Assembly (NCBI GenBank): GCA_013239625.1
Contig: MU054220.1
Coordinates: 6,184,626 to 6,248,625, forward strand
Length of the DNA: 64,000 nucleotides
Source: Lama guanicoe
Lineage: Eukaryota
Reading direction: 5' to 3'
Shown one piece after another: positions 1 through 14,305 of this stretch. Each line of letters begins with the position of its first letter. The first letter of the stretch is position 1. Made by a program: the position numbers and the translations under genes. Under the pieces are notes generated by a model, which saw nothing but the letters and a program-made list of their open reading frames with translations, was not told the DNA's origin and searched no databases.

Positions 1-835
1 CATTTTCTTTCTCCCAATGGTTAACATCTTGCAGTATTACAACCAGGATGGGTACTGACACAGTCAAGATAAGATGCAGAACATTTCCATCCCCACAAGG
101 CTCCCTCATATTGCCCTTTTATGGCCACACACACTTCCCTACCCCCTCCACCCCCTCCTTAACTGTCCAGGGACAGCCACTAATCTGTTCTCCGTTTCTC
201 TAATTTTGACTTTTCTAAAATACTATATAAGTCAAATCATACAGTATTTTGGGATTGGCTTTTTTCATTCAACATGATTATCTAGGTATTTGTCTAGATT
301 GTTGCATGTATCAATAGTTTGCTCCTTTTTATTGCTGAGTAGTATTCAGTGTACCACGGTTTAAAAATTCATCCATTGAAGGGCATTTGTGTTGTTTCTA
401 CTTTGGGGCCTTTATGAATAAAACCACTTTAAACACTTTTGTACAGCTTTTTGTGTGAACATAAGTCTTCATTTCTTTACAGTATATGCTCAAGAATCCA
501 GTTGCTGGGTTATATGGTAGTTCCATGTTTAGTTTTTTAAGGAACTGCCAAACTGTTTTCCAGAGTACCTTCCACATTTTATGTTCCCACCAGCATTGTT
601 GTGAGTGACCCAGTTTCTCCACGCTGTCACTAGCATATGGTGTTGTCACTATTTTTTTTTTTTAACTTTAGTCATTCTGGTATGTTTGTAGTAATATCTT
701 TGTGGTTTTAAATTGCATTTCCCTGACAGCCAGTGATGTTGAACATCTTTTCATGTGTTTATTTGTCATCTGTATATCCTCTGTGGTAAAAAATCTGTTT
801 CTGTCTATTGCCCATTTTCTAAACACAATTAGGTT
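1..835 (-). mobile_element. LINE-1 3' fragment (L1MC1-like): ORF2 C-terminus plus 3'UTR, truncated by the window edge
   Basis: Minus ORFs 398-649 (LWKTVWQFLKKLNMELPYNPA) and 668-874 ([26 protein letters not shown]) match the L1 ORF2 C-terminus. The 3'UTR resembles L1MC1. Confidence 0.9.
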
Positions 836-859
836 TCTTAAATTTATCCTAGAAATGTA

Positions 860-1290
860 GTTACATATGTTCAAAATTACAAGTGAATTAAATTATTCAT
901 TGTGGTATTATTTGCAAAGACAAAAATTTAGAAACACCCAAAATGACTACAATAAGAAATGATTACATAAATTTTAATACACTCAAATAATGGAGTACTA
1001 TACAGCTATACAAAACGATGAAGTTCATTATGTACAGTTACTGCCTGTATCTATTTTTGAGTGAAACAAAGTTTCATGAAGTTTATCTTTTCTGTTTTAT
1101 GAAAACAGAAAAAGAAGATTGTGTCATTTTAGCTGCTTATACATACCTAAATTATATTTGGAAGGATACACAAGAAAAAAAAGCATGTGGGGCAAAGCTG
1201 TGGATGAAGATGAGAAAGTTTACCTTATATTCCAATTTTCTTTTAGTTTTGGAAACATTTAAAGAGAAATTCAATTTAAAAATAATAAAA
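860..1290 (+). mobile_element. Old LINE-1 (L1ME-like) 3' fragment
   Basis: Degenerate end of L1 ORF2 (tttagaaacacccaaaatg ... atggagtactatacagctat). Confidence 0.6.
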
Positions 1291-4204
1291 ACAGCACAAA
1301 AGGTTATGTCTCACAGTAATAGCAACAAAACTATTTTAAGATTCTATGTACTGGGTTAATATTGGAATGTTCCAGAATAATGATTTGGTAGCTAGTATAT
1401 ATTCTGCTCAAGTCAATGCCCACATTCCTCTAACTTAACTTGAATGTTGAAACTAAGCAAGGTGTTTGTTTTATTCTTATGCCTGGAGTAGGTACACATT
1501 GCAAAATGTTCTAGGATGACTTTACACTTGTTCTGAATTGTAATGAATTTAGCCATCCTCATCTGTTTTGCTTGTTTGGTTCCTCCAGTGTTCAATGTTT
1601 GCATTACCAAGCTGTGCTGGGCAAATTCTGGTGGCATAAACTGCATAAATGATGAGAGATTCCCACTGTTCCAAAGAGCCTAAACATGGTTCTGTATATT
1701 TTATGCCTCTTCGCCCCTTGGCCACTCCCTACCCTCCAGTAATTAGCTTCCCAATATGGCTCCTTTTCGGTATGGCTAGCTGCAGGTGTTGTGCACCCTC
1801 GGAACACCCTCCTGCTGATGATCAGCCATCTCTAGTTCCCTGTAAGAATACTCGCCATAGATAATGCAGGTTATTAATCCAGACAGAAATTTTAAATTCT
1901 CACTAAACAAAAATGCTTTCTAATCATTTTTGAGTATTTGGAGAAGCAAATCAAAACACAAAGCAGAGATAATCTGATAAATAGGCTTTTGTGAAAGCGC
2001 TATAAACAATCTTGGGTTCCTTTACTTATCGAACTATATAAATTCCTCTCCTCCCTCCTCACACTTATCAAGACATAAGATCATGCAGACCAACTATTTT
2101 CTCTCATTCAAATAGATCATGCTGTATTAAATGTCTAAGCCTTTTAGTGTTTTAGTTCCTCTGACAGAAAATCCTTTCTCCCTACATCTATCTTCTGAAC
2201 TTCTACTTGTCCTTCAAAATAGATAGAGCTTTCTCAGTGATGCCTTTTGGGATTGGCTCCTCTCTGTCTCCAGTAGAATTAATCTATTCTTCATCTGTGC
2301 TGTTGCTGTTCAAACGCATCCTTATTCCTGCAGTGACGGCACAGAGTTGAAATTACTTGTTCATTCATCTGGAGAACACAGTTTCTTAAACCTATATATG
2401 TTCTAGTAAGAGACATATAATTTTCAGATTTTCACATTTAATTATTTGAATAAAAGCATAGGCTATAAATACGAAATTACACTGTTACACATTTCATGAT
2501 TCACCCTGATACACTATTGAGACTGTCCCATAAACTATGGACCATGTCTTCTTGTAACTTAGAGAAACTTGGAGAATCTATGAAGTGGGGTTTGTGTCTA
2601 AGAAGGGCATGTTTTTAAGACCTCCTGTATATGCTCTCATCTTCACTTCTCTCTAGGTTGAAGAAATTCTGTTTTGATCTGGGAGATGTCAGAGCATTGA
2701 TTGGGCTGTGTTTATGAAAGGAAGGAATCAGTGGGCTGTGAAGGCTTGGCACACAGCAGTGGATTTCTGCTTCTGCCTCTTTCTGTCTTGGAGCTGACAT
2801 GCAGAGTATGCCTAGATTCTCATTTGGATTTATCGCCTAAGCTCATTTGTTTAGTCTACTATGGCTAGCCAGAGATTTTCACTGATTTGCGGGGCTCAAA
2901 AACAACTTGGGAATTGACATTAATTTGCTCAAATTTCTCGTGTTTTATACTCTTTGAGAACTTTGCCAGGATGAAGAGCACAGCAGCCTGAGGCCAGAAT
3001 CTGGAACCTCTGGCTTCCTTACCATAATATCCTGCAATAATATCGCAGTCTTAGCTTTTCTTCTGACATATGGGAAATCCTTGTCCCTCAAACACGAGTT
3101 ATATCTGAGTCCTGTTGTATTTGTTTCTTCTTTAAAATACTTTCACGCCAGCTACTTGGATGTATATTTGGACACTTCTGAAAAAGTTTGAGTTGACATG
3201 GGCACCTTCAAGCTAGGATTGTAAATGGAGCCAGCACTGTTCATTAGTCTATGAGTAGGAATTCCAGAATTTACAGGTCCAGGAATTCTGAATTAGCGTT
3301 ATTAGTCAGCATGTTTATTTCTGTGAGCGGAGTTTGAAAAATTGGATTTGGAGACTCCTGAGGCCTACATTATCCATAAGGAAATTCTCATAACCTTTCT
3401 CAAGGGTTCAAGGCTTGAGAACTGGGGACACAAATGATGTCTTAGATTCTAGCACAAAGCTGAACACAGATTCATCATTATTCAATAAAAACCTTATTTG
3501 TTGAAGGATTGCAGAGTTGAATGCTTTATCTTTTTAATGCCTGGCACAGGTATAAGAGGGTACTCTAATTTGTAAAATTCGAAGAGCTTTTTTTCTCTTC
3601 TTTTCCTCAAGGAATTTAAAACAGGACAGAGTACTTTTCCAAGGAACTTAGGGAATTTTATTCCAAGACCTTGGAGACAGTTTGTATCACCAAAATTCAG
3701 GCTGACTGATCTTCAAGGGAAAATATGTATCTCATTAGTGAGAACCTGAATAGGATATGGAACTTGGGAGGATGCGAAAGGAAGACTTGCTTAAGACTTT
3801 GGTCCTGTACTCAGTCCTGGTGGCTTTGACAATAGCATCTTTTTATCGACCAGATATATGAAGGGTAAAAAACAAAGACCCTCAAAGTGACTTTAACACT
3901 CATACTGATCTATGTAACTCATTTTAATATCAAACCACAGATGTAAGAGAAAAGTCTAAGCAAACATCTAACAACAAGATAAAGTTATAAACAAGTCGAC
4001 ATGCAAGATCGTATAATAAAAATATTCCTTCAGCAAGAAATGGCCTTGTTATGCAGAATTCAGAAAGACACACTTGCTGTAGGCTTCCTTAAAGATAGGG
4101 ATGTCACTGTCTCCTTGGCATGCGTGTGCCTGGATTTATAATTCAGAATTGTGATTTTTTTCTAGAATCATATGTCTGTGTGTATTCACTTGTAAGTGTG
4201 TGTG

Positions 4205-4719
4205 CAGAGGTTATAACTTAAATTTATCCCACATAATTTTTTCTTGGTCTGCACAGGATTATCTGCTCAATGATTATTAAAATAGAAAGTATTTCTAACA
4301 AGTTGCCAATATTTTAGAACTGAGAATTATCACATTGTTTATAAAAAGACAGCATTTCTGGCTACTTTTAGTAAAATATTGAGAAGATCTGGCCCCCCCA
4401 GAGCCTTCATCCCTTTAGGATAATAATAATAAGAGGAACTGAGCTGTGCCTGTCCCTCTCAGGCTGAGCCCACGTATCTCCAGTTTGTCACAGTCCCCCA
4501 TTTTCCATTAACTCTCTGACTTTCACATTTAGGATCTGTTGCCATTTCCTGTGGAACTTGGCCATTGCTTTTCTTAAAATTCAACTAAGAAAAAATAATT
4601 ATTAAACTTATGCTTCTATCAGAAATTAAAAAAAAAAAGTTAAGTGAAGAGGGCAGTGAATTTTTAACACAAAGCTTACTTCATTGGCCCCTCTAAACAA
4701 ATGTGTTTGCAAACCTCTG
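4205..4719 (-). mobile_element. hAT-Charlie MITE, MER102-like
   Basis: Terminal inverted repeat CAGAGGTT...AACCTCTG. Internal motifs (gttgccaat, ttctggct, gaagatctggc, tctccagtttg) resemble the MER102 reverse complement. Confidence 0.7.
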
Positions 4720-5163
4720 GTATAGAAACCCCCAACATATGTCAGTTATAAAGAAAAATACAACCAAAATATTAACTACATTTCCTTAGCTGTTTCCATC
4801 CAAGCGGTTTTTAAAGTCACGTGATGTTGGGAGGAGGCCATACCATCCTGGAGTTAGAACTATTCTGAATGGGAAAAAAAAATCACTGACACAAAGGTAT
4901 GTTTATTGTTTCTATTGGTCTAGAACAAACTGATAAAACTAATCTCAGAATGGCTAATTGGGCCTTTGTTTCTTTGAAGGACTGGGTGAATACACTCTTT
5001 CTCTGAAGGAGTTAGTTAATGGGTGGTGGTGTCGCCAGATTGTGCTGATCGGTGGGCTCCTGCTGGGCTTTCTCTCCGGCTCTACCTCAACCTGATTCCA
5101 GTCTGAGCTGTTAAGATCTTGACACTTTATGCATATGGCCTTCCTAACCTTTTCACTGTCGTT

Positions 5164-5640
5164 TGGTGGTGTGGATTGAACAGTGACCTCATAAAGATAA
5201 GTCCCAGTACTAAGTCGTGGTACATGTGAATGTGACCTTTTTTGGAAAAAGGTCTGTGCAGATGTAGTTGGGTAAAGGCTCTCTAGATGAGATTGTCCTG
5301 TAATTAGGGTGAGCTCTAAATCCAATGATGAGTGTCCTTATAAGAGAACAGAAAATGAGAAAATGCACAGAGACACAGCGGGGAAGACCAGATGAGGACA
5401 GAAGCAGAGATTGAAGGGAAATGTCTGCAAGCCACGGAATGCCAAGGATTGCCGGCTGCCGCCAGAAACAGAAGACAGGCCAGAATGAATTCTCCTTCAG
5501 CGCCTCCAGAAGGAACCAGCCCTACTGGAACCTTGATTTTGTCCTTTCAGCCTCTGAGAATGCATCAGAATACGTTTCTGTTGCTTTAATCTACCCCAGT
5601 TTTTGGTGCTTTATTACAGCAGCCCTGGGAAATTGACACA
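5164..5640 (+). mobile_element. MaLR solo LTR (MLT1C-like)
   Basis: MLT1C-type motifs gaatgtgacc...ggaaaaaggtct...gcagatgta and caagccacggaatgccaagg. Ends gcagccctgggaaattgacaca. Confidence 0.9.
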
Positions 5641-5974
5641 AGAGTCTCAGGGATTGTATTATTGTTGATGCATTTTAAATTAAAAAGTTTTAATTTTATA
5701 GAGAGGCATAATCAAATCATTAGTAAACAAATTAGCTTTGCATTTTAAGGCTACCTGTAAATTTAGAGGAATATTCACAGCACTGACTTTAAGGAGACAT
5801 TGGCCAGCAATTATCATTGAAACTGATTCCTTTAAACTTGGGTTACAAGAACTGCTCATTGCCTACCCAATAACAATCCTTCATCACTTTACTCATGGGA
5901 CCTCTCATGTTCATCATGCAACAAAATGTTCATTAATAAAATGCAGTTATTGGTCTAGACTTCTGGGAATCTTA

Positions 5975-6245
5975 AACGTGAGGCATGCTCAACTGTCACA
6001 CCCTTTATAGATTGTTGCCCCTTTCTTTCTTCCTGTCTGGAATTTGAATTTGATGGATGGAATCCTTCTTGTGACCAAAAGCTGACAAACACAGCCTTAA
6101 AAAGGCATAGCAGGATCCCACTTTGTATCACTTTATACCAGCTCTAAACTGCCTGTCTGTGGTTCCCTCTTTCTATGAAAGGAAAAAAAAATCTTTCAAA
6201 AAGCCACTTTTATTATAGATATCTGTTTCTAGCAGCTAAAGTCAA
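5975..6245 (+). mobile_element. Degenerate MaLR LTR (MLT1J/K-like)
   Basis: cttcctgtctggaat...atccttcttgtgacca...aagccact...ctgtttctagcagctaa pattern. Confidence 0.4.
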
Positions 6246-6354
6246 GCTTTGATAGGTACTCTCATCTAGCCTTTGGCTACTTTTATAATCTTTAAGAATT
6301 TGTATTAAGAGTGAACACAATTAAATTTGTACCACATGCCACACAACTTAGGTA

Positions 6355-6985
6355 TATTTTACATTTAATCTTCACCTAAAAGTTGGGACTATTATTATAC
6401 CCAATTCACAGAGGCAGAAACTGAGGCTTTACAAATTTTATGACTGGTTATAGGCAGGATGTTGGGAAAATTATTTAATCTCTTTATGACTCAGTTTCCT
6501 TTGTCTTTGAAAGGAAGATGACAATATTATGCTACCTTTCAGGACAGCAGTGAGGATTAAATGGGCTTATATATGTGAAGTGCTTAGAACACTTTGAGAC
6601 AGTGAGGGCTGTTTAAGTGTTAAACTTTATTGAGTGTTCAACTATGTCTAAGTAGAAAACATTTTAATCAATATACTATGCAATCAATTATCTTTTCAAA
6701 ATATAATCTTGATTCATAATGGATCTTTGCCCTCATTTTCCAAGGGAAAGATTTGAAAACCATGATTGCAATGAAACAGATACAGCATTAGGTACTTTAT
6801 ATGTTTCATCTCATTATACTTCTTAGAACAACAAAGTAGACATTATAAACTCCAGCTGATATGAAACAAGGCCTATATAATTAAGTGACTTTTTCCAAGT
6901 GCTAATAACAAGGGCTAAAACTGATTCTCAAACCAAGGTCTACTAATTTTGAGTTCAGTGATCTTTCCCAGTACACCATAGCTGT
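6355..6985. mobile_element. Cluster of MIR fragments in both orientations
   Basis: Core motifs cagaggcagaaactgagg (-), ctcagtttcct...gtgaggattaaatg...gtgcttagaac (+), and a minus copy at about 6790-6985. Confidence 0.7.
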
Positions 6986-8239
6986 CTCAGCTTCTCTGCA
7001 TTAAACTTGGGTGTGCATAGCTCTGTGTATGTGCATACACAAGCTCACACTACAGACCGATTAAAAAAAATCATATTTCAGAAGTAACTCTATTGTTTAA
7101 AAAAACAATTTTGAGGCAACCGGTGTCTAAACTACCTCCGTTAAAATCTCTACAACCATAAAATTGTTTTAGGTTTTGAATTCTTATTGGTAGTGTTCTC
7201 ATGACTCTTTATGGTCATAATTCTAAATTCTTTACAATGCTTGAATGTCTTATATCACCCTACCATTTTGAATTTCTATTCATCTTGTTTTGCATTTAGT
7301 ATGTGCATTAAGAACTCTCTCATTTTACCTACTGAACATATCATAATAACATTTAAAGATAGCACATAATAATATGCACACGCCTTTTCTTCTACACTAC
7401 TTTTCTAGTCAAGCTATGTAGCTCATATGAGAAATACTGATTTTTTAGTTTAGAAAACCAAGATGTTATAATTGACCAAGAATGGACCCAGGGATTTGCT
7501 GTGGTCTGATCAACATGTATTGGTGCTGGTGTCACAGATAAGAAACCATGCAGGGAAGAATGCCTTCTTACTTGTAACCCCATACTTTCCCCAAGGAATC
7601 ACATCAGTATTTTTTTTCCTGGGGGGAGACCAGGACCAAATTAAATTTCAATGTCAGCATAGCCTTGCGAGTCCTCTGAAATTTCACTGGCAACTAGCTT
7701 CCTATTTGTAATTGAAGTGAGGTCTAGCTGTCATTGCTCTACAGGCAGGATCCTTGGAGAATTGCTATTCAAATTGGGAGGAAGTGTCCTCTTATTAAAA
7801 GCAAAAGAAACCAACTGGAAATAGCATGGCTGTTAGGAACAACCACATGGCATTGACTCTGCTGATCCCAAGGGCTGTTCTTCAGTTCCAAGGGGGCGAA
7901 GGATGGAGCATGAAGAACATCTCTTTCCTTTGGCTATTAATATCCAACTTACAGGAGACCCTAAAGATGCAATGCTCAAAACAGAGGTCTTTTGATGACA
8001 AGAAAATAATACCCTGGTATGAAAAATATTTGAATAAGATAACATGGGACATAAAGCAGTGATTGCATTTCCTTTAAAATAACTCTTCAGTCTTTCTGTA
8101 TTTTCCTCTTTGACAATTATTACTCCAATTCATATGTACAGCTACTAATTGAGAACGTTTTACGTTCCTATAGCTTTATAAAATTATCACATTTAATCAT
8201 GGCCATAGCAGGTGAGGAATATGTTAAAATATTTAAGAT

Positions 8240-8665
8240 CCTTGGCTTCAATAGCAAATTTCTGAGGTCCAAATAACCATGAGATCTTGGCAATTACTTT
8301 TTTATCCAGCATGATCTTCATTTTCCTCATTAGCAAAGTTGGTGTAATAATGATAGTGTTTACCTTATAAGGCTATGATGAGTTTTAAATGAAATAATCC
8401 ATGTAAAATATGTAAAATAGTGTCTGGAATAGATTAATTGCTCAAGTGTTAGTTATTATCATTATCTTCATTTTACAGATGAGGAGATTGTACAGATGAG
8501 TATCAGAGAGTCTCAACACTTGGTCCCAAGATCATACATCATGTTGTAGATGGGGGTTGAAACACAATCTTACTTTGCTATTTTAAGTTATATTTTAAAG
8601 TTTCATAGGATTGTTGTGAGGTTGAAGTCATGCAGTGTGTACTCTAAATGCTCAATAGAGTGTAA
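8240..8665. mobile_element. MIR fragments (+, then -, then +)
   Basis: ttttcctcattagcaaag...taaatgaaataatccatgtaaa, then cattttacagatgaggag, then cataggattgttgtgagg. Confidence 0.7.
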
Positions 8666-10298
8666 TTTCGTTATTTGCCTAGCTGAATCCAGGTAGACCC
8701 TCTCCTTTTTCATTAAATAATTTTTCATCTCAAAACTTTACATATGTTAACATTTATCTTCATGTATTGGTAATGGGATGGTAGCAGATGTAGCAAAGGT
8801 CAATTAAACAATAGGTACTAGGTTTCCCCACATTCCACAGTGATGTGCTAGAACTCTCATTGAGAACTTGCAAAGAAGGTGGGCCCAAACTAGATCTACC
8901 AGCATTGGGCGTTTGTACAATTTCCTGTGTATATGCCAAAGTAAAAGGACAATTTATTTATTAACTAAACACCAACATAGGTTTTGGGACTACTCAAATA
9001 TTTCATCCACTAGAACAATAACAGTTAGTCCACAGAATGATTTTGTAGGAATGAGAGAAAGAATGAAGCTGTTTTCTATTAAAATTCTTCTGAGGTGAGT
9101 CCATGTGATAAACCAGTAACATACTCAGTTGTCTGACTTACATTCATTGTCTCCATGAAAGTATAAGCTTTCTGTGGCCAGGAACAAGCTTTCTTTCTCT
9201 GCTGATCCTCAAAGTTTTGCTAGACTCTTTATCAATATTGCTGACAGATTGGAGATGGGTAATTAGTTGTTCAGAGTTATCTAGACAGTGATCAACTCAT
9301 TAAATTAGACTATCTTCATCATCACTGAAAATAAGTTAGACTTTGATATGGATTATAAACTACCTTGTACATATCATGACTTCTGCTTGAGCAGCTCTTT
9401 GGACCAGCGTTCACAAGCAACTCCCCCTGACATCACAAGTACTTGCACAAAACTAATTGAGGGCAGAGTCTTGCCTTCAGTATCATTAACTCAATATTAT
9501 GCATTCCATATTTCATCCTTAGATATTCATTCTACCACTTAATTATATAAGCTTGGAGAAAGATTAAGTTGATTGGTGATTATATCATAATTGCTTTTCA
9601 TATGGGTAGAAGAGGAATGGCATCAGTGACTTTAATATTGCACAGTGGGCCAAACTGTGAACTCTGAAGAGAAAGCACATTCATAGCAGCTGATGATTCA
9701 ACAATAGTGCAATTAACTTGGTGAGAAAATTAATAAAATAGTTGTGAAGAAAAATTAGTCAGTGTTTAAAACGTGGAAAATTTCACACACACACACACAA
9801 ATTGAGAAACTCAGCTTCTCTTGAGACATTGTTAGACATGGAAACACTGGACCAGCACCTTCTATAACCATCATTTTTTGAGCGTAGAAACAGCTGAGTC
9901 CTTTAGACTGGGACTTGAGCCCTTCAGACTGGGACAATTTGCTGTAGTCGCAATCCCTCACACAATTTATGCATAAGCACTTACACAGAGCCTGTTTCAC
10001 TCATGTTCCTTTCCTAACCACCAACTTTAATTTACATCCTTTTGCTGAAGCATAGATCTTGATGGCAGGAGTTGATGTGTGGAAACATTTCGCTTGTTCT
10101 TTCTGTTCTCACGGCGTGTAAATTTTGGTAGGATGGATCTTAAGTGGTAGATGTACTACTTATCATAAATATGCTCGCTAAAAACATTGCTGATACATTA
10201 TGGCACTTTTTCTTGTTGAGTCCAAATGTGTTTTCAGAATCTTTCTTAACCTTAGTGATCCAGGGAGTTTAACTAAATGCTCAGAGTTGGCATATGCT

Positions 10299-10866
10299 AT
10301 TATGAGTTAGCTATTGGTATGTAACCTCATTACCACAAACTTTGTGCCTTAAAACAGCACACATTTATTATCTCACAGTTTTCTCTAAGTCAGAAGTCTA
10401 GATGCAACTTAGCTAGGTTTTCTTCTTTAGGATTTAGCAGGGCTTTAATCAAGATGTTGGCTGGGGCTGAGGTCTCATGAGAGACTTGACTGCAGGAGGC
10501 TTTGTTTCCAAGCTCAAGTGGTTGTTGATAGCAGTTCATTCCTTGTGGATTTTTGAGCTGAGTTTCTCAATTCCTTGCTAACATTTTTTTCTGAGGCTGC
10601 CATCAGTCCTTTGCTATATGGATGTTCCCAAAATGGCAGTTTATTTCCTCAGAGCCAGCAAGGGAGAGAGACATTCCTCCCAAGCTAAGTGTTACAATTT
10701 TATGTGTTGTAATAATGTATATATAATCATGCATATTCTGTCACCTTTGCTATATTGGTTACAGTCAAATCACAGGGCCTAACATACTCACAGGAAAGGG
10801 ATTGACACAGGAGTGAAAACCAGGAGATAGGGATCATAGGGACCCCCTTAGAATCTGCCCATCACA
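10299..10866 (-). mobile_element. MaLR solo LTR (MLT1E/F-like)
   Basis: ttaccacaaact...ttaaaacagcacacatttattatctcacagtt start and cttagaatctgcccatcaca end. Confidence 0.85.
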
Positions 10867-11598
10867 TGAGGTGAAACTCCTTGCCATTCCTGACTAAGAC
10901 TCATTATTGACTGTTATACAGAGGCAGCTTTTGACTAGGGTTCAGGCAAACCTTTTTAAACAATTAAAGCCACTTGTGAACTAAGTATTTGTTTAGCATG
11001 GGGAAGGAAGAGAGTATTTCATAGGCATTTGGTATTCATAGCTTCTTGTTCATTCTTTCATGATGTTGCATAAAACCCTAAACTATAAGTACATGTATTT
11101 GGTTAAATATGCACAATTACAGAATCCTAAGAATTGCCCAGTGGAAAATAGCACTCTCCAGAAGTATTTTTTGGATATCTACTGTATGACTGAGGCAGGT
11201 CTTACAATGAGGAGTAGATGGATAGCGAAAGAAACACTTTCTTGCCTTCACAGAGATTACTGTCAGAGCTAGAGGAACAGGGTTCACAGCCAACATTAAA
11301 ACAGAGTAAAATACAAAAGAAAATTCAATCAAATGTCACATTGCAATGTATGCACACTGGTCTGTCTCAATTTTTCCTTTTTAACTGGAAAAGTCAAAGA
11401 ATATAAATCTGTGAATGTTCTCCACTACTGCTAATGCGTTAGATAGGGAGTCACTAAACTGGTTGGGAGAGATGCCTTTAAAGTTGCACTTCAGAAAGGA
11501 AGCACTGCATTGAGGCTTCATGGAAAATACCAGGAAGAAGACAAAGACTTTAGCCAGCTTATCTTGGTTAGAACACATACAACTGTTGAGATTCTCAA

Positions 11599-11697
11599 CA
11601 AAAGAAAGAAAGAAAAAAAAAAAAAAAGGAAGGAAGAAAGAAAGGAAGGAGGGAGGAAAGAGAGAAATAAAGAAGGAAAAGAAGAAAAGAAAAAAGA
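11599..11697 (+). repeat. Purine-rich (GAAA/GGAA)n low-complexity tract
   Basis: Seen directly. Confidence 0.9.
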
Positions 11698-11929
11698 TAC
11701 TAGGCTTTTTTTTTATTTTATGAAAATTAAATTTTATTAGCACATAGACACAAAATACTACATTAAAAATTTTAGTTATTTCTTTTTATCTTTAGGTTTT
11801 CCCAATATAAAACCTTTTGATCCATATACATTTTGATTCCAATTAAATTCAACTACCCACGAAGAGGTGGCATCCAAAATTAACAGCAGAAATAGAGACT
11901 TCAAACAATAATCAGTAAGTGAAGATGTG

Positions 11930-12035
11930 AGGAAGGCAGGGGCCTTCTTCTTTTATTTCTTTCCACTGATGTGTCTCAAGAACCCAGATTGGGGCCTGGC
12001 ACATAGTTGTTGCTCAGTAAATATTTGTTGATTCA
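11930..12035 (+). mobile_element. L2 3' end
   Basis: cctggcacatagttgttgctcagtaaatatttgttga. Confidence 0.75.
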
Positions 12036-12632
12036 AGAAAAACCTGGAATTCTCTGACTTTCCTTTACCAGCTTTAGGTAGTACTGACGTCTCTGCAGAA
12101 AAGAAAGATAGATTAGTGAAATGAAGAATCTGGGATGATTTTTGCCTGAGAGTACTATCTTGGCTGATTCATGATCTATATTTGTATTGAAAGGTGGAGG
12201 AAATGTGATTTGCTCCCTCACAGAATATTCTGAAACCTTTGTTTCTGAGACTATAATTAAACGCGCCACTTATCTTAATGGGCACATGCCTCTCCTCTCT
12301 GTGCAGAGCCACTTAACACAACTGAAATAGCCCAGCGATTGCAGAGAGCATGCTGCAGAATCCTGTCTCATCCCTGGATACAATTAGTTTCTGTGACAAT
12401 GTAGACTTTTCTTTTAATTGTGTGTTTATCTTCCTGATGCACAGAGTGGGTGGCAGGTGGTTCCATTTCACAGAAAATGGTTCCAATCCAGGATGTCACT
12501 TGGAGAGGGATCAGTGGTCACCCTGCATGAAACTAAAGAAGGCCATGTTCATCTTAGAGATTCCCTTAGGCTGCTCTTCAGAACGGTCCCAAACCTAGGA
12601 ACCTACCTTTTTCCCAGAATTCAGTTGGTGCC

Positions 12633-13095
12633 TGATAGGGGATAAATTGTGTTCCCTTCAAAATATATTCAAGTCCTAATCTTTGGTATCTGCGAATGTG
12701 ATCTTAATTGGAAATAGGGTCATTGCAGGTGTAATCAAGTTAAAATGAGGTCATGCAGGATTAGGGTGGGCCCTAATTCCAATGACAGATGTCCTGATAA
12801 GGACAGAGGTATTTGAAGACACAGAGGACACAGAGGGAAGTAGGACATGTTAAGAATGAGGCAGCAGTTGGAGTGATGCAGCTGCAAGCCAAGGGATACC
12901 AAGGATTGCTGGCCACCATCAAAGGCTAGGAAGTGGCGAGGAAGGAGTCCTCAGGCCTGGAGCCTTCAGAGGGAGTAGGGTCCTGCCAACACCTTGATTT
13001 TGGACATGACCTCCAGACCTGTGAGATAATACATGTCTCTCGTTTTTAACTACCTAGTTCGTGGTAATTCATTGCAGCCCTAGGATACGAACATA
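12633..13095 (+). mobile_element. MaLR solo LTR (MLT1C-like) with 5-bp TSD
   Basis: MLT1C motifs. Perfect TSD GTGCC at 12628-12632 and 13096-13100. Confidence 0.92.
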
Positions 13096-13389
13096 GTGCC
13101 TCAATGGGAAAGTTAGCTCTAACCTGAGGGTCTCTTTCTCTCCTTTCAATGCTGCAAACCTCCTTTCTTGTAAGTGAGAATAGCCTCTGACTTTGGGGTG
13201 GGGTACTCCAGGCCTGCTTGCCAGACCAGTAGCTTTCTTCCACTTAAAAATCGTTTAGAACAAAATGACTACATCTTGAAACACAATATCCTGTGATGAG
13301 TGCCAGCTGAACCTAAAAGTGTGCGATATGAAGCTGGGCGGAGAATTAGGGATGATTTTTCTTCTGAGAGCATGCGATGTGGCATAAAG

Positions 13390-13615
13390 TGCTAACATTC
13401 TTAAGTACCTAAAATCCTTTTGATTTTTAGGAAATATCACTAAAGAAATGATCAATAATGCACACAAATACTTAGCTAACAATTGCTTTGCACCGTGTTG
13501 CTTGTAATAGTAAAAAATAAGTATAAATGATTGAAATCTCTAGGAATGTCAGGTGATTAAAATAAATTATGGTTTTCCATTCAGTCGTTAGCACACAGCT
13601 ATTCAAAAACGAGGC
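13390..13615 (+). mobile_element. Old L1ME-like fragment (ORF2 end)
   Basis: tttttaggaaatatcactaaagaaatgatc...ttaaaataaattatggttttccatt. Confidence 0.5.
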
Positions 13616-13619
13616 AGTC

Positions 13620-14305
13620 CAATAGCCATTTTTAAGCTGTACTTTGAGGAGGGTGCAGGTGCCTTTGGGGCATGTCAGGCACTGTTTGAGGAGGTGAGGT
13701 CCAGTCAGGTTCAGCTGTGTTTTGCCCCAGCCCTCACTTCACCAGTTATGATCTATTGTATCTGTTTTGTGTATTGAGTTTATGAATAAGATGCCATTTG
13801 AAAACAGTAGTTTTGTTGTGGGTTGCACTGTGTCTCTTTCAAAAGATGTTGCGGTCCTAACCCTCCAGTACCTGTGCATGTTACCTTATTTGGAAATAGG
13901 GTCTTTGCAGACGATTGTTACAATTAGGTCATTAGGATGAGCCCTAATCCAATATGACTGTGTTCTTTTAATTCTGAGAAAGTTGGATACAGAGGCAAAC
14001 ACCCAAGTAGGGAGAATGCAGTGTGAAGATAAGACAGAGCTTGGAATTATGCATCTACAAGCCAAGGGATGCCAAAGATTGCCAGCAAACCACCAGAAGC
14101 CAGGAGAGAGGCATAGACTAGACTCTCCCTGCCAGCCTGCAGGAGGGATCGATCCTGTCAACACCTTGGTGTTGGACTTCTAGCCTCCAGAACTCCGAGA
14201 GATGCATTTCCATTGTTTAAGCCCAATCCAGTTTGTGGTACTTTGTCACAATAGCCCTAGGAGATTAATATAGTTCTACCACTAAAAGAAGTTTGATGCC
14301 CATTT
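13620..14305. mobile_element. hAT MITE (MER103-like) interrupted by an MLT1C LTR
   Basis: ccctcacttcaccag...ataagatgccatttgaaaaca before the LTR, and ctaccactaaaagaagtttga after it. Confidence 0.5.
13814..14272 (+). mobile_element. MaLR solo LTR (MLT1C-like)
   Basis: tgttgtgggttg...ccttatttggaaatagggtctttgcag...agccctaggagattaatata. Confidence 0.9.

Noticed and set aside
11381..11743. Lys/Glu-rich and Phe-rich ORFs
   Set aside because: They are translations of the (GAAA)n tract
11796..11914. In-frame TGA as a selenocysteine codon
   Set aside because: Further TAA/TAG stops follow, there is no selenoprotein motif and I see no SECIS
12633..14272. Two nearby same-strand MLT1C LTRs as one LTR-internal-LTR provirus
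   Set aside because: The first LTR has its own GTGCC TSD, and the spacer is L1ME/MER103-like rather than MaLR internal sequence, so these are independent solo LTRs
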